Virus record (IMG/VR): IMGVR_UViG_3300027740_000011
Coordinates: 1-31,369 of that record
Length of the DNA stretch: 31,369 bases
Strand: one strand, 5' to 3'
Source: a virus
Lineage: Duplodnaviria; Caudoviricetes
Part shown: in pieces, positions 7,711 to 16,414 of the stretch
How the letters are laid out: every line of letters begins with the position of its first letter
How positions within the stretch are numbered: the stretch's first letter is position 1
Program-made: the position numbers and the translations under genes
The notes under the pieces: generated by a model
What the model saw: the letters and a program-made list of their open reading frames with translations, nothing else
What the model was told of the DNA's origin: nothing
The model's database searches: none

Positions 7711-8025
7711 TTATATGGCGTTTTTTATAGCAGCTGTGATCTTCTCTGTTATCTCTTTCTTCACCTCTGCTATGAGCTTCTTGCTATCTGCTGAAGACTT
7801 ATCTGGCAGTGAGTGCTTCTGAAGATACTCATTCAACTTCTTCTGTCTAAGAACTTGCCATGCCTCTTCTGTCTGGTTACGTTTGAGTCCCCAGCCCTTG
7901 GGCTTTGATACTCCTGCTGCCACCTCTGTGAGAGCGGTGATTATTATCTTCGATCTGACCTTGCTGTCCAGAGTAATGATGTCCTTATAGAGTGCATCTT
8001 TTACATAAACTTGAATGACTGGCAT
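7711..8025 (-). CDS. Putative ribbon-helix-helix (CopG/Arc-like) regulator
   Basis: N-terminal alternating strand VIQVYV, then helices ...RSKIIITAL. AGGAG RBS. Confidence 0.55.
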   Translation of the reverse strand: MPVIQVYVKDALYKDIITLDSKVRSKIIITALTEVAAGVSKPKGWGLKRNQTEEAWQVLRQKKLNEYLQKHSLPDKSSADSKKLIAEVKKEITEKITAAIKNAI

Positions 8026-8075
8026 CTTGGGTCTCCTTTGAAACAGTATAGTAGTTGCCTTTATTACTAGGGCTG

Positions 8076-8104
8076 AATATATAATATTATATTTGGTAAG
8101 TAAA
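8076..8104 (-). promoter_or_regulatory. Sigma70-like promoter for the regulator gene
   Basis: TTTACT (8104-8099), 17 bp, TATATT (8081-8076). Confidence 0.6.
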
Positions 8105-8139
8105 GCGATTTTATATGTTTTATCTTACACCTAAGAAGA

Positions 8140-8495
8140 AATCCCGGTGGAAAAAAGGTGCACCGGTCCCACCGATAAAGAAAAAAGAGGAGTATATATA
8201 GAAGGAACTTGCAAACCTCCGGTGCCCGGTAGAAATCCTCTCCTACCTCTTTATATAGCTAATACTATTACTACACCTATACACCTATACCATATATATA
8301 TAATATAATATAGTTAATATAGTGAATTAGTATTTGCACCGGTAATTCTGTGTTTTTCTTTTTCTTTTAATAAGTTACAGCATCCGGTGCACAACGTTGT
8401 TACGGTGCAAATACAGAGTGTATTTAAGACAACATGAGAAACCTTGGGATAAACTAGGTGTGGAGTTTCCTTTCCTTTTAATTTGCACCGGTGGG
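8140..8495. other. Candidate replication origin or pac region: TGCACCGG-type repeats around an AT-rich tract
   Basis: Motif copies at 8144, 8159, 8219, 8332, 8384, 8403 and 8481 in both orientations. AT tract at 8292-8334. Lies at the strand switch. Confidence 0.5.
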
Positions 8496-8518
8496 CGAAG
8501 ATCGTCATGAAATAGTCC

Positions 8519-8559
8519 TTTACTCCATACTGAGTGGGCGAGTATACTTGCCCTCAGTA
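8519..8559 (+). promoter_or_regulatory. Rightward (late) promoter with a palindrome centred on the -10 box
   Basis: TTTACT (8519-8524), 18 bp, TATACT (8543-8548). Inverted repeat at 8528-8559. Confidence 0.55.
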
Positions 8560-8594
8560 CGACCCAATCATCTTTTTAATGAGCCAATATTGAT

Positions 8595-8894
8595 ATGCCA
8601 AGAAAGTTATACAAGAAAGGCGAACCAAGACATCCTAATGCTGGACGCAAGAAGGGAACGCCGAACAAATTCACTACAGTGAAGCAGGCATTCCTTGATG
8701 CGTTTGAAGAGCTTGGTGGCAAGGATTTCATAATCAAAGTTGCCAAGACTAGCAAAGGTAAGGCAGTAGTGATTCAGTCAATGACCCGTTTGTTACCAAA
8801 CAAAACTGAGATCACCGGCGAAGATGGTGGGCCAATAAAGACTAGCATGAAGGTGAGCATTAATCTTGTCAAGGCAAAGGAGATCAAGAAATGA
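8595..8894 (+). CDS. terS: Terminase small subunit
   Basis: PNAGRKKGTPNK N-terminal motif and EITGEDGGPI C-terminal motif. Upstream of terL. Confidence 0.8.
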   Translation: MPRKLYKKGEPRHPNAGRKKGTPNKFTTVKQAFLDAFEELGGKDFIIKVAKTSKGKAVVIQSMTRLLPNKTEITGEDGGPIKTSMKVSINLVKAKEIKK

Positions 8895-9097
8895 GTTATT
8901 CAATAGAACAGAAATGTGGCAAGTGTAAGAAGGAAACATCTTGTGCTGATGGGATGATCATCAGGAAGGCTGTGGAGATGATTCATATGCTGCCAAGCAG
9001 ATATGAAGGTACTGAGCGTGTTGGTGGCCACCAAGGTGGTGGAACAGTCATTCATGATTGTGTTTATAGTTTTGAGGAGAAGACTGAGAAAGAGTAA
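8891..9097 (+). CDS. Small Cys-containing hypothetical protein
   Basis: ATGA and TAATG overlaps with terS and terL. CGKC motif. Confidence 0.7.
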   Translation: MSYSIEQKCGKCKKETSCADGMIIRKAVEMIHMLPSRYEGTERVGGHQGGGTVIHDCVYSFEEKTEKE

Positions 9098-10344
9098 TGA
9101 CTCCACAACTCTTAGAAAATACACTTGAAATAAACGCTGACTTCCCTGAGAAGCTAGCACCACTGTTCTCTCCTTCCCGCTATAAGATACTTTATGGTGG
9201 GCGTGGTGGCGCTAAGTCTTGGGGAATTGCCCGTGCCCTTATCCTCTTATCTCTTCAGATGGAACTCCGCATACTCTGTGCCCGTGAATTTCAGAAGTCA
9301 ATCAAAGAGTCAGTTCATCACCTTCTTGAAGAGCAGATATATGCTCTTGGCCTTCAGGCATACTTCCGAATCACTCTCACCTCAATCACCTCAGTAAATG
9401 GATCTGAGTTCATCTTCTCAGGCCTCAAGACAAACATAACAGCAGTCAAGTCAATGGAAGGTATTGACATCTGCTGGGTAGAAGAGGCTGAGAAGGTAAG
9501 CAAGGAAAGCTGGGATGTCCTCATTCCTACTATCCGCAAGGCCAATTCAGAGATATGGATTAGTTTCAATCCTGATGCTGATACTGACCCCACATGGAAG
9601 AGGTTTGTTGAAAAGCCACCGGTGGACTCTGTTGTTATTGAGATCGGCTTCCGTGACAATCCTTTCTTCCCTGATGTTCTTAGGGCTGAGATGGAAGAAT
9701 GTCGGGCAATTGATCCTGAGACGTATGACTGGGTATGGGAAGGGAAGTGCCGGCAGATCAGTGATGCTAATATCATTAAGCGTGCTCGAATTGATACCTT
9801 TACTACTCCTGAGAAGGGCGTGCGTTTATTCCTTGGTGCTGACTTCGGCTTTGCTAATGACCCGAATACCTTAGATCGTGGTTTCATCATTGACAAGACG
9901 CTGTTCATAGATTATAGCATACATAAAGTACGGTGTGAGATTGATGACATACCGGCGATGTATGATCAGATACCAGGATCAAGACAGTGGCCCATTAAGG
10001 CTGACTGTGCTAGGCCTGAGACTATCAGCTATCTTCGACGGCAGGGATTCAATATCAGTGCTGCTGAGAAGTGGCAGGGTTCAGTCGAAGATGGCATTGC
10101 CCATATCAATGGGTTCAAAGAAGTAGTCATTCATGAGCGATGTACTACCTTAGATCGTAAGTGCCTCAATCCCTATCAAGAGACAAGAATGTATAAGTAT
10201 AAGATTGACCCTGTGACTCGTGAGGTGCTACCGGTAATTGTGGATAAGCATAATCATCACTGGGATGGCATTCGCTATATGCTGGATGGGTATATCCAGA
10301 GGCGTGGTAGCAATTCTAATTTATTGAAGGCGGTGAATAGCTAA
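9097..10344 (+). CDS. terL: Terminase large subunit, PBSX family
   Basis: YGGRGGAKS Walker A, CAREFQKSI, WVEEAE Walker B, SFNP, GADFGFANDP nuclease motif, HHWDGIRY. Confidence 0.95.
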   Translation: MTPQLLENTLEINADFPEKLAPLFSPSRYKILYGGRGGAKSWGIARALILLSLQMELRILCAREFQKSIKESVHHLLEEQIYALGLQAYFRITLTSITSVNGSEFIFSGLKTNITAVKSMEGIDICWVEEAEKVSKESWDVLIPTIRKANSEIWISFNPDADTDPTWKRFVEKPPVDSVVIEIGFRDNPFFPDVLRAEMEECRAIDPETYDWVWEGKCRQISDANIIKRARIDTFTTPEKGVRLFLGADFGFANDPNTLDRGFIIDKTLFIDYSIHKVRCEIDDIPAMYDQIPGSRQWPIKADCARPETISYLRRQGFNISAAEKWQGSVEDGIAHINGFKEVVIHERCTTLDRKCLNPYQETRMYKYKIDPVTREVLPVIVDKHNHHWDGIRYMLDGYIQRRGSNSNLLKAVNS

Positions 10345-10561
10345 TGCCATATTTTAAACAGGTTCAATGTCCAAAATGTGGTGGGGATGTATATGGGACT
10401 CATTTGAAGAATCTATAAAACATGAAGCAGCCCAAACCAAGCAACCAAAAGCCCATGTCTTTGCCGGCTTGTGATGATAAGCACAAAGAAGACAAAAGGC
10501 TGTTCTACTATTTTAATACAAGGCTTTTGTCCCATCTTAAACGAGCCATAACCGGAGAGCG

Positions 10562-12040
10562 ATGAAGCAAGCTAAATTCCAAAGAGCAGCAGTGAAAGAC
10601 TCCATCAAGCAAGCCAAAGCATTTATGACTTCTGATGGATACCAGAACTTATTTGCCCGTTTGGGTGTAGGTAATGGGGACAACCTTTCCTCTGGTAGCT
10701 CGTATGGCTTTGGTGGCTTCCTTACCCGTAACCGTGTGTTGTTGGATGCCATGTATCGTACCAGCTGGGTTGTGGGCAAGATCGTGGATGCCAAGGCTGA
10801 GGACATGACTCGTGCAGGCATTCAGATCAACTCAGAACTCAAGCCAGAGAACACAGACCTCATACAAAAGAAAATGGTCAGCCTCAATGTATGGCGTAAC
10901 ATTACCAACGCTATTAAGTGGGGACGTTTGTATGGTGGTGCTGTAGCTATTATCTGCATAGAAGGGCAGAAGATGGACAAACCCTTGAAGATAGAAACAG
11001 TGGGCAAGGATAGCTTCAAGGGCTTGCTGGTTTTAGATCGGTGGCTGCTAAATCCTTCTCTCAACAATCTTGTGCAAGACTTTGGTCCTGACTTCGGTAT
11101 GCCAAAGTATTATGATATCATTGCTTCCTCTTCAGTTCTTCCTACCATGAAGGTGCATCATACTCGTGTGTTGCGCTTTGATGGTATTGAGTTGCCCTCC
11201 CTCTGGAAACAAGCAGAGAACTTGTGGAGTGAGTCTGTGGTTGAGAGGTTGTATGACCGGCTGCTTGCCTTTGACTCTACTACACAAGGAACTGCCCAGT
11301 TAGTCTACAAGGCGCACCTGCGCACTATCCTTGTGGATGGTCTTCGAGATATTCTTGCTGCTGGTGGAGTAATGGAAGCAGCACTCATCAAGCAGTTTGA
11401 GTATATACGCTTGATGCAAAATAACGAGGGACTGACGCTCCTTGATAGCAAGGATCAGTTTGCTGCACATCAGTATAGCTTCTCTGGCCTGAGTGATGTC
11501 CTGCTTCAGTTTGGCCAGCAGCTTTCTGGAGCTTGTGAAATACCTCTTGTGCGCCTCTTCGGTCAGTCGCCCACCGGCATGAATGCCACTGGGGAGTCTG
11601 ATCTGCGCTTCTATTATGATGATATCAACAAGCTCCAGAACTATCAGTTGAATGAACCTTTGCTGACGATCTTACGGGTTATGAGCATGAGTCTTCTGTC
11701 TAAGCCCTTCCCTGAAGATGGAACTATTGCCTTCAATCCTCTCTGGCAGATGCAAGATAAAGAGAAGGTGGAACTTGCCAAGAACATTGGTGACTCACTT
11801 AACAACCTATTCAACTCAGGTATATTGAAGAAGCATCTGGTGCTTAAGGAATTGAAACAGAGCAGCAGGATCACTGGTATGTTCACCAACATAACTGATG
11901 AGGATATTACTGAGGCTGAGAATGAGCCTGATCTGGATATGGGTGAGGACGAGGTTGACCCTTTGACCAGTCTTCCTGTGGAGAAGGAAGAAGGTGTCGC
12001 GTCTAAGAAGAAGGTAGCAGCAAAGGAAGTTGAAGAATGA
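10562..12040 (+). CDS. Portal protein (DUF1073 family)
   Basis: WGRLYGGA, VHHTRVLRF, IPLVRLFGQSPTGMNATGESDLRFYYD, FNPLWQ. Follows terL. Confidence 0.92.
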   Translation: MKQAKFQRAAVKDSIKQAKAFMTSDGYQNLFARLGVGNGDNLSSGSSYGFGGFLTRNRVLLDAMYRTSWVVGKIVDAKAEDMTRAGIQINSELKPENTDLIQKKMVSLNVWRNITNAIKWGRLYGGAVAIICIEGQKMDKPLKIETVGKDSFKGLLVLDRWLLNPSLNNLVQDFGPDFGMPKYYDIIASSSVLPTMKVHHTRVLRFDGIELPSLWKQAENLWSESVVERLYDRLLAFDSTTQGTAQLVYKAHLRTILVDGLRDILAAGGVMEAALIKQFEYIRLMQNNEGLTLLDSKDQFAAHQYSFSGLSDVLLQFGQQLSGACEIPLVRLFGQSPTGMNATGESDLRFYYDDINKLQNYQLNEPLLTILRVMSMSLLSKPFPEDGTIAFNPLWQMQDKEKVELAKNIGDSLNNLFNSGILKKHLVLKELKQSSRITGMFTNITDEDITEAENEPDLDMGEDEVDPLTSLPVEKEEGVASKKKVAAKEVEE

Positions 12041-12900
12041 ACAAACAATCCTGGCAGACAAAGAAGCGCATTGAATCAGACTACTCATCCAGCATGATGA
12101 AGATGGCTAACTATTTCTTCAGCAAGTCTGTAGAAGGTATGGACAGCTATGATGAGCAGCTTGAGGTGCTTCGATCTGCCAGCAGCAAGCCAACCTTTAT
12201 GGAGTGGGCCAATACTGTAGCAAGAAGGATGATCACCGGCCTGTATGCCTCTTCTGCCAGCACTTGGAGAGAAGCAGCTAGCATAGGGACAGAAGGAAAG
12301 CAGATACACAAGATGCTCTCAAATGAGCTTGAAGGGGTAACTGGTCATAAGGTGCAAGAGCTTGTACGAAACAACGCTGACCTTATCTCTTCTCTTCCTC
12401 TTGAGGTATCAAAGAAGGTGACAGCACTTGTGCAGAAGCTGGCTGCTAAGGGCATGAGGTATGAAGCAATCAGCAAGCTCTTAGTAGAAAAGAAGCTGGT
12501 CAAGAAGCTAACCAAGCAGCGCATTACTCTGATAGCTCGTACAGAGACCAGCAAGGCGTCCACCGCCTTGACCAGAGCTAGGGCTGAAGACTTAGACCTG
12601 GACTGGTATGTATGGAGAACTTCTAAGGATGGAAGAGTACGTAATTCTCACAAACATATGGAAGGTGTGCTTGTGTCTTGGAGCGAAGCTCCTGCTCCTG
12701 AATTGCTTGCTGGTGTAAAGAGTAAATTGGGACACTACCATGCTGGAGATGCGCCGAATGACCGGTGTTATCCTCAGCCTGTGCTTTCTCTTTCCTCTTT
12801 ACAGTGGCCGATGAAAGTGTACTATGCTGGGCAGATCCAGTACATGACAAGATCGAAGTTTGAGAAAATAGCTGGCATAGAAATGAGGAAGGCAGCATGA
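12037..12900 (+). CDS. Head morphogenesis protein (SPP1 gp7 / Mu gpF family)
   Basis: IARTETSK, YVWRTSKDGRVRNSH, PNDRC. Confidence 0.9.
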   Translation: MNKQSWQTKKRIESDYSSSMMKMANYFFSKSVEGMDSYDEQLEVLRSASSKPTFMEWANTVARRMITGLYASSASTWREAASIGTEGKQIHKMLSNELEGVTGHKVQELVRNNADLISSLPLEVSKKVTALVQKLAAKGMRYEAISKLLVEKKLVKKLTKQRITLIARTETSKASTALTRARAEDLDLDWYVWRTSKDGRVRNSHKHMEGVLVSWSEAPAPELLAGVKSKLGHYHAGDAPNDRCYPQPVLSLSSLQWPMKVYYAGQIQYMTRSKFEKIAGIEMRKAA

Positions 12901-13235
12901 CAGCATTTGCTAAAAGCCCGAACAAAGTAAACCAAATTTCTATCACTACTCGTTCTCATGAGGACTTATGTGCTGGTTCCCGACCATATTCTGTTACTGC
13001 TGCAGAGCTAGCAGAGTTTTCTGGTGGAATATTAATTCCGGGCCAGAAGTATAGGATAACTGACCAATCAGATATTATTGTAATAGCAGAAACAAATTCA
13101 ACATACAAGTATGATATTCCAATTACACTTGCAGCCTATGCAGACAATGATGAAGCCCTGGCTGGTGGGTTAGTGGCAGGTCAGTGGTACAGAACATCTG
13201 CTGGCGTTGTGATGCAGGTTTATATAGCTTTATGA
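12897..13235 (+). CDS. Hypothetical protein, possible head fibre or decoration component
   Basis: LIPGQKYRITD and YADNDEALAGGLVAGQWYRT segments resemble phage fibre modules. Lies in the head cluster. Confidence 0.55.
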   Translation: MTAFAKSPNKVNQISITTRSHEDLCAGSRPYSVTAAELAEFSGGILIPGQKYRITDQSDIIVIAETNSTYKYDIPITLAAYADNDEALAGGLVAGQWYRTSAGVVMQVYIAL

Positions 13236-13247
13236 TAGGAGAAGCCA

Positions 13248-14108
13248 ATGGTCATCATCGTTGATTTTGGAATTGCTGGGTTGGTTATAGATGACTTGAC
13301 CTTTAATAGGTGTAAAAATATCACAGGAGTAGATGTGAGCACAGCAGGAGCAACCCTTACCCCGTGGGGTTTATCTGACCTTGGCAGGTACGAACTAGAG
13401 ATTCCGTTGGCGGCTGAGGGCACAACATTTGAAGTTTATGTGACTGATGACCCTAGCAATTATCAGTACGGGGAATTTTCAGACATCGCCAAAGAATCCA
13501 CCCTCCTCGCCCTAAGTGATCTAAGTACGATAATATACAATCGTATTGGTGCCTTCACAGGTACAGGCATCAACACAGTTCTCGGATTTTTTAAGGCACT
13601 ACTCAAGAAGGATGCAGCCATTCCATCAGATATAGGGGGCACATTTAGTCCTGTCACTGATAGCACAGAAGCAATATCAGACAAACAATCTGGTTCTTTC
13701 CTTGGTCTTTTATATTCAGTAATCTCTTTACCAGGAATTGAGACAGAATTTCTTCCTATTAAGATTGTAAAAGGTGAACACAAAACATTCTCATGGGAGA
13801 TAAAGGAAGGAGGTGTATCAAAAGACATATCAGCATATACAGCCAGTATGGGTGTGAAATTGAATCTTGATGATGTTATCTATCAGCTTGGTCCTTTTGA
13901 TGGAGTCATTAGTGCCAATGCTGATGGTGTTATGTCAATTCTCTCTTTCACATTTATGACAGCCGATACGAAAGATGAAGTTCCTTGTGATGGCCTTTAT
14001 GCCATAGCTTTATATAAGGATGGAGAGAAGTACAAATTGACGCAAGCTGGTGGAGTTGAATTTTCACTCAACGAGGACATTCTGGACATAGTTCCAGTAG
14101 TCCTATAA
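13248..14108 (+). CDS. Hypothetical virion-associated protein (beta-rich N- and C-terminal domains)
   Basis: 286-aa ORF with an AGGAG RBS. No family recognised. Confidence 0.6.
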   Translation: MVIIVDFGIAGLVIDDLTFNRCKNITGVDVSTAGATLTPWGLSDLGRYELEIPLAAEGTTFEVYVTDDPSNYQYGEFSDIAKESTLLALSDLSTIIYNRIGAFTGTGINTVLGFFKALLKKDAAIPSDIGGTFSPVTDSTEAISDKQSGSFLGLLYSVISLPGIETEFLPIKIVKGEHKTFSWEIKEGGVSKDISAYTASMGVKLNLDDVIYQLGPFDGVISANADGVMSILSFTFMTADTKDEVPCDGLYAIALYKDGEKYKLTQAGGVEFSLNEDILDIVPVVL

Positions 14109-14134
14109 TATAAACCCCAAAGGAGGAAGTTAAC

Positions 14135-14608
14135 ATGAAGAAGATTGGTGTACTTGCAATGATGTTGATTCTTGTAGTAGCTGTATTCAGTGCACTGGCT
14201 GGTCCGTCAGATACAGTGGTGATCTATCCGATTGCTGCTGATCCGTGCAGCAATCCCAGTGCTGCCAAGAGCAGTGCCATTTTCAGTACCGGTACAAATA
14301 CCACCTCAAGCGTGGTGGCCTTAACTGCTGCTAAGTCCATTTACATCTGTAATCTGACAGCATATCTTACTGGCACCACAACGCTAACAACGTTCAAACT
14401 TGTGAGCGGTACCACCACCACCACTCCTTGTGATACTGGTGCTGCTGATGTTACCCATACTGTCGGCGTAACCTCTGCCATTGGAACGAATGTGGCTGTT
14501 GGATATGGTGGTACGATTGCAAAGGTTCCCAGCGCCAAGACGCTATGCTCAACCACTACCGGTACAAGCTCTGCAGTTGTCGGTACAGTAACCTACATCA
14601 AGCAGTAA
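14135..14608 (+). CDS. Thr-rich protein with a Sec-type signal peptide
   Basis: MKK, hydrophobic core, then an ALA-G cleavage motif. Four Cys. Strong AGGAGG RBS. Confidence 0.7.
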   Translation: MKKIGVLAMMLILVVAVFSALAGPSDTVVIYPIAADPCSNPSAAKSSAIFSTGTNTTSSVVALTAAKSIYICNLTAYLTGTTTLTTFKLVSGTTTTTPCDTGAADVTHTVGVTSAIGTNVAVGYGGTIAKVPSAKTLCSTTTGTSSAVVGTVTYIKQ

Positions 14609-14626
14609 ACAGCGAGGACCGGCGCC

Positions 14627-15883
14627 ATGCTCTTTCATACTAAGGTTGACATAAGTAAGAATAAATCGCTTACGCCAGAGGGCTTCCTGATCTGTAGGAA
14701 TGTGCCCATCGCTCGCACTGGTGACCAAACCTATTATGAGGGAGAAGTGCCCATTACAGCAGACAGCCGTGGAGCAATAATCATTACACGGGATGCTGAG
14801 GACGTATTCAATGCAGATGCCATTGCCTCTTTTGAGGGCAAGCCCATTACCATGCACCATCCTGAGGATGCAGTCACCCCAGACAATTGGAGTGAGTTGT
14901 CTAAGGGTCATGCACAGAATGTACGGCGTGGTAGTGGGCTTGAGGCTGATTCCCTTTATGCAGATCTTCTCATCATGGAGAAAAGCACTATTGACTCTGT
15001 GATGAAAGGTGACATCAAGGAGATCAGCTGTGGGTATGATGCTGATTATGTTGAGACTGCAGCAGGAAGGGGTAAGCAGATGAACATAAGAGGTAATCAT
15101 ATTGCTCTTGTAGACAGAGGACGATGTGGAAGCTTATGTGCAATTCACGATGCAAAAACGAAAGACGAAAAAGGAGGGAGTATGAAAGAGAAGCTGAAGG
15201 CATTTTTCAAATCCCTTACCAGCGATGAGGCTAAAGACCTTGGGCTGGTTAAGGATGCCTCCTTGACAGTTGACCAGAGGCTTGACAAGATTGAAGGATC
15301 TGTGGCCCAGCTGGTCAAGATGTTCAAGGATGCAGGTGAAGAGGCAGAGGAAGAAGAAGCTGCTGCCAAGAAGAAGAAGGAGGAGACAGAAGACGCTGAG
15401 GAAGAGGAAGCTGCTGCCAAGAAGAAGAAGGAGGAGACAGAAGACGCTGAGGAAGAGGAGAAGGACAAGCCCTTTGGTAAGTCCAAAGATGCTGCTCCTA
15501 TCCTCCAGGAAGTCCTGTACCGGTCTTCGATTCTGGCACCTGACCTTTCCCGGCCCACCATGGACTCCATCAAGTCCATGAGCAAGAAGACGTTTGATGA
15601 AAGCATTTGCTTCCTCAAGCGCAAGTCTCTGGATGCTGCATATAAGACGGAAGATGGCAAGGATGCTATCTCTCCTTTCCTTATGGGCAAGCCGGCAGAC
15701 TTCATGACAATGGACTGCAAGTCCATGGATGTTGCCTTCATCGGAGCATCTGAGGTCATGAAGATCGGCAGCAAGCAGAATGTCCAGCACAAGACCTCTG
15801 ACATTATGAGGGGTGCTGTAACTGTTTCAAGCATCAATGATGCTAACAAAAAGTTCTGGGATGCCAGAAAAGGAGGGAAGTAA
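14627..15883 (+). CDS. DUF2213-family prohead protease/scaffold protein
   Basis: TPEGFLICRNVPIARTG, SFEGKPITMHHP, EISCGYDA, NHIALVDRGRCG. Charged C-terminal half. Confidence 0.9.
   Translation: MLFHTKVDISKNKSLTPEGFLICRNVPIARTGDQTYYEGEVPITADSRGAIIITRDAEDVFNADAIASFEGKPITMHHPEDAVTPDNWSELSKGHAQNVRRGSGLEADSLYADLLIMEKSTIDSVMKGDIKEISCGYDADYVETAAGRGKQMNIRGNHIALVDRGRCGSLCAIHDAKTKDEKGGSMKEKLKAFFKSLTSDEAKDLGLVKDASLTVDQRLDKIEGSVAQLVKMFKDAGEEAEEEEAAAKKKKEETEDAEEEEAAAKKKKEETEDAEEEEKDKPFGKSKDAAPILQEVLYRSSILAPDLSRPTMDSIKSMSKKTFDESICFLKRKSLDAAYKTEDGKDAISPFLMGKPADFMTMDCKSMDVAFIGASEVMKIGSKQNVQHKTSDIMRGAVTVSSINDANKKFWDARKGGK
15182..15883 (+). CDS. Probable nested in-frame scaffold protein
   Basis: AAGGAGGGAG immediately before the in-frame ATG at 15182, at the end of the protease domain. 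Confidence 0.55.
   Translation: MKEKLKAFFKSLTSDEAKDLGLVKDASLTVDQRLDKIEGSVAQLVKMFKDAGEEAEEEEAAAKKKKEETEDAEEEEAAAKKKKEETEDAEEEEKDKPFGKSKDAAPILQEVLYRSSILAPDLSRPTMDSIKSMSKKTFDESICFLKRKSLDAAYKTEDGKDAISPFLMGKPADFMTMDCKSMDVAFIGASEVMKIGSKQNVQHKTSDIMRGAVTVSSINDANKKFWDARKGGK
15347..15460 (+). repeat. 51-bp in-frame tandem repeat (EEEEAAAKKKKEETEDA, about 2.2 copies)
   Basis: Units start at 15347, 15398 and 15449. Confidence 0.9.
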
Positions 15884-15885
15884 AC

Positions 15886-16401
15886 ATGACACTCGGAAAT
15901 GCATACGTCACAAGGATGCCTGCAGGATTCCCTGGTATGGTAAACAGGGTATCTGAGGCATCGCTCCAGCAGGAAATTCTGGACACCACCCATCCTCCTC
16001 TTCTCTATGGAGAGTTTGTGAAGATTGTTGATGGCAAGATCCACATCCTGGAAAGTGGAGATGTTGCGGCCACTGTCATTTGTGGCCTGATCGCAAAGCC
16101 GTATCCTGTGCAGGAGACAACGGCTGCTGGTTCTGCTCTGGGTGCTGCTGCTGTTCCGAACAGCGCACTGCCGTGTGACATCCTCAAGCGTGGATATATG
16201 ATGGTCTCCTTCGGCGGCACGACTGCTGCCAAGCGTGGTCAGGTATATGTCCGTGTGACAGTGGGGGATAGCGGCAATGCTGTGGGCAGCATCGAAGAAG
16301 GTGCTGATGCTGGCGAGTGTGAGGCTGTCACCAATTGCTTCTTCATGGGAGCAGCAGACACAAACGGGATTGTCGAAATCTCGTACAACATCGAAAGGTA
16401 A
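15886..16401 (+). CDS. Capsid decoration/cement protein
   Basis: RMPAGFPG, DILKRGYM, GQVYVR, GIVEISYNI. Directly upstream of the capsid gene. Confidence 0.75.
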   Translation: MTLGNAYVTRMPAGFPGMVNRVSEASLQQEILDTTHPPLLYGEFVKIVDGKIHILESGDVAATVICGLIAKPYPVQETTAAGSALGAAAVPNSALPCDILKRGYMMVSFGGTTAAKRGQVYVRVTVGDSGNAVGSIEEGADAGECEAVTNCFFMGAADTNGIVEISYNIER

Positions 16402-16414
16402 GGAGGGAGATCAA

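Noticed and set aside
7486-8682. ORFs 7486-7668, 8314-8508 and 8491-8682
   Set aside because: No RBS or motifs. They overlap a hairpin, repeats and promoters, so they are likely non-coding.
10562-12040. Anti-CBASS Acb1 label sometimes attached to DUF1073 proteins
   Set aside because: No paired HxT phosphoesterase domain was seen. Position and motifs indicate a portal protein.
15134-16044. Long antisense ORFs (15134-15790, 15145-16044) and similar ones across the late operon
   Set aside because: Antisense shadows of low-complexity, codon-biased sense genes.
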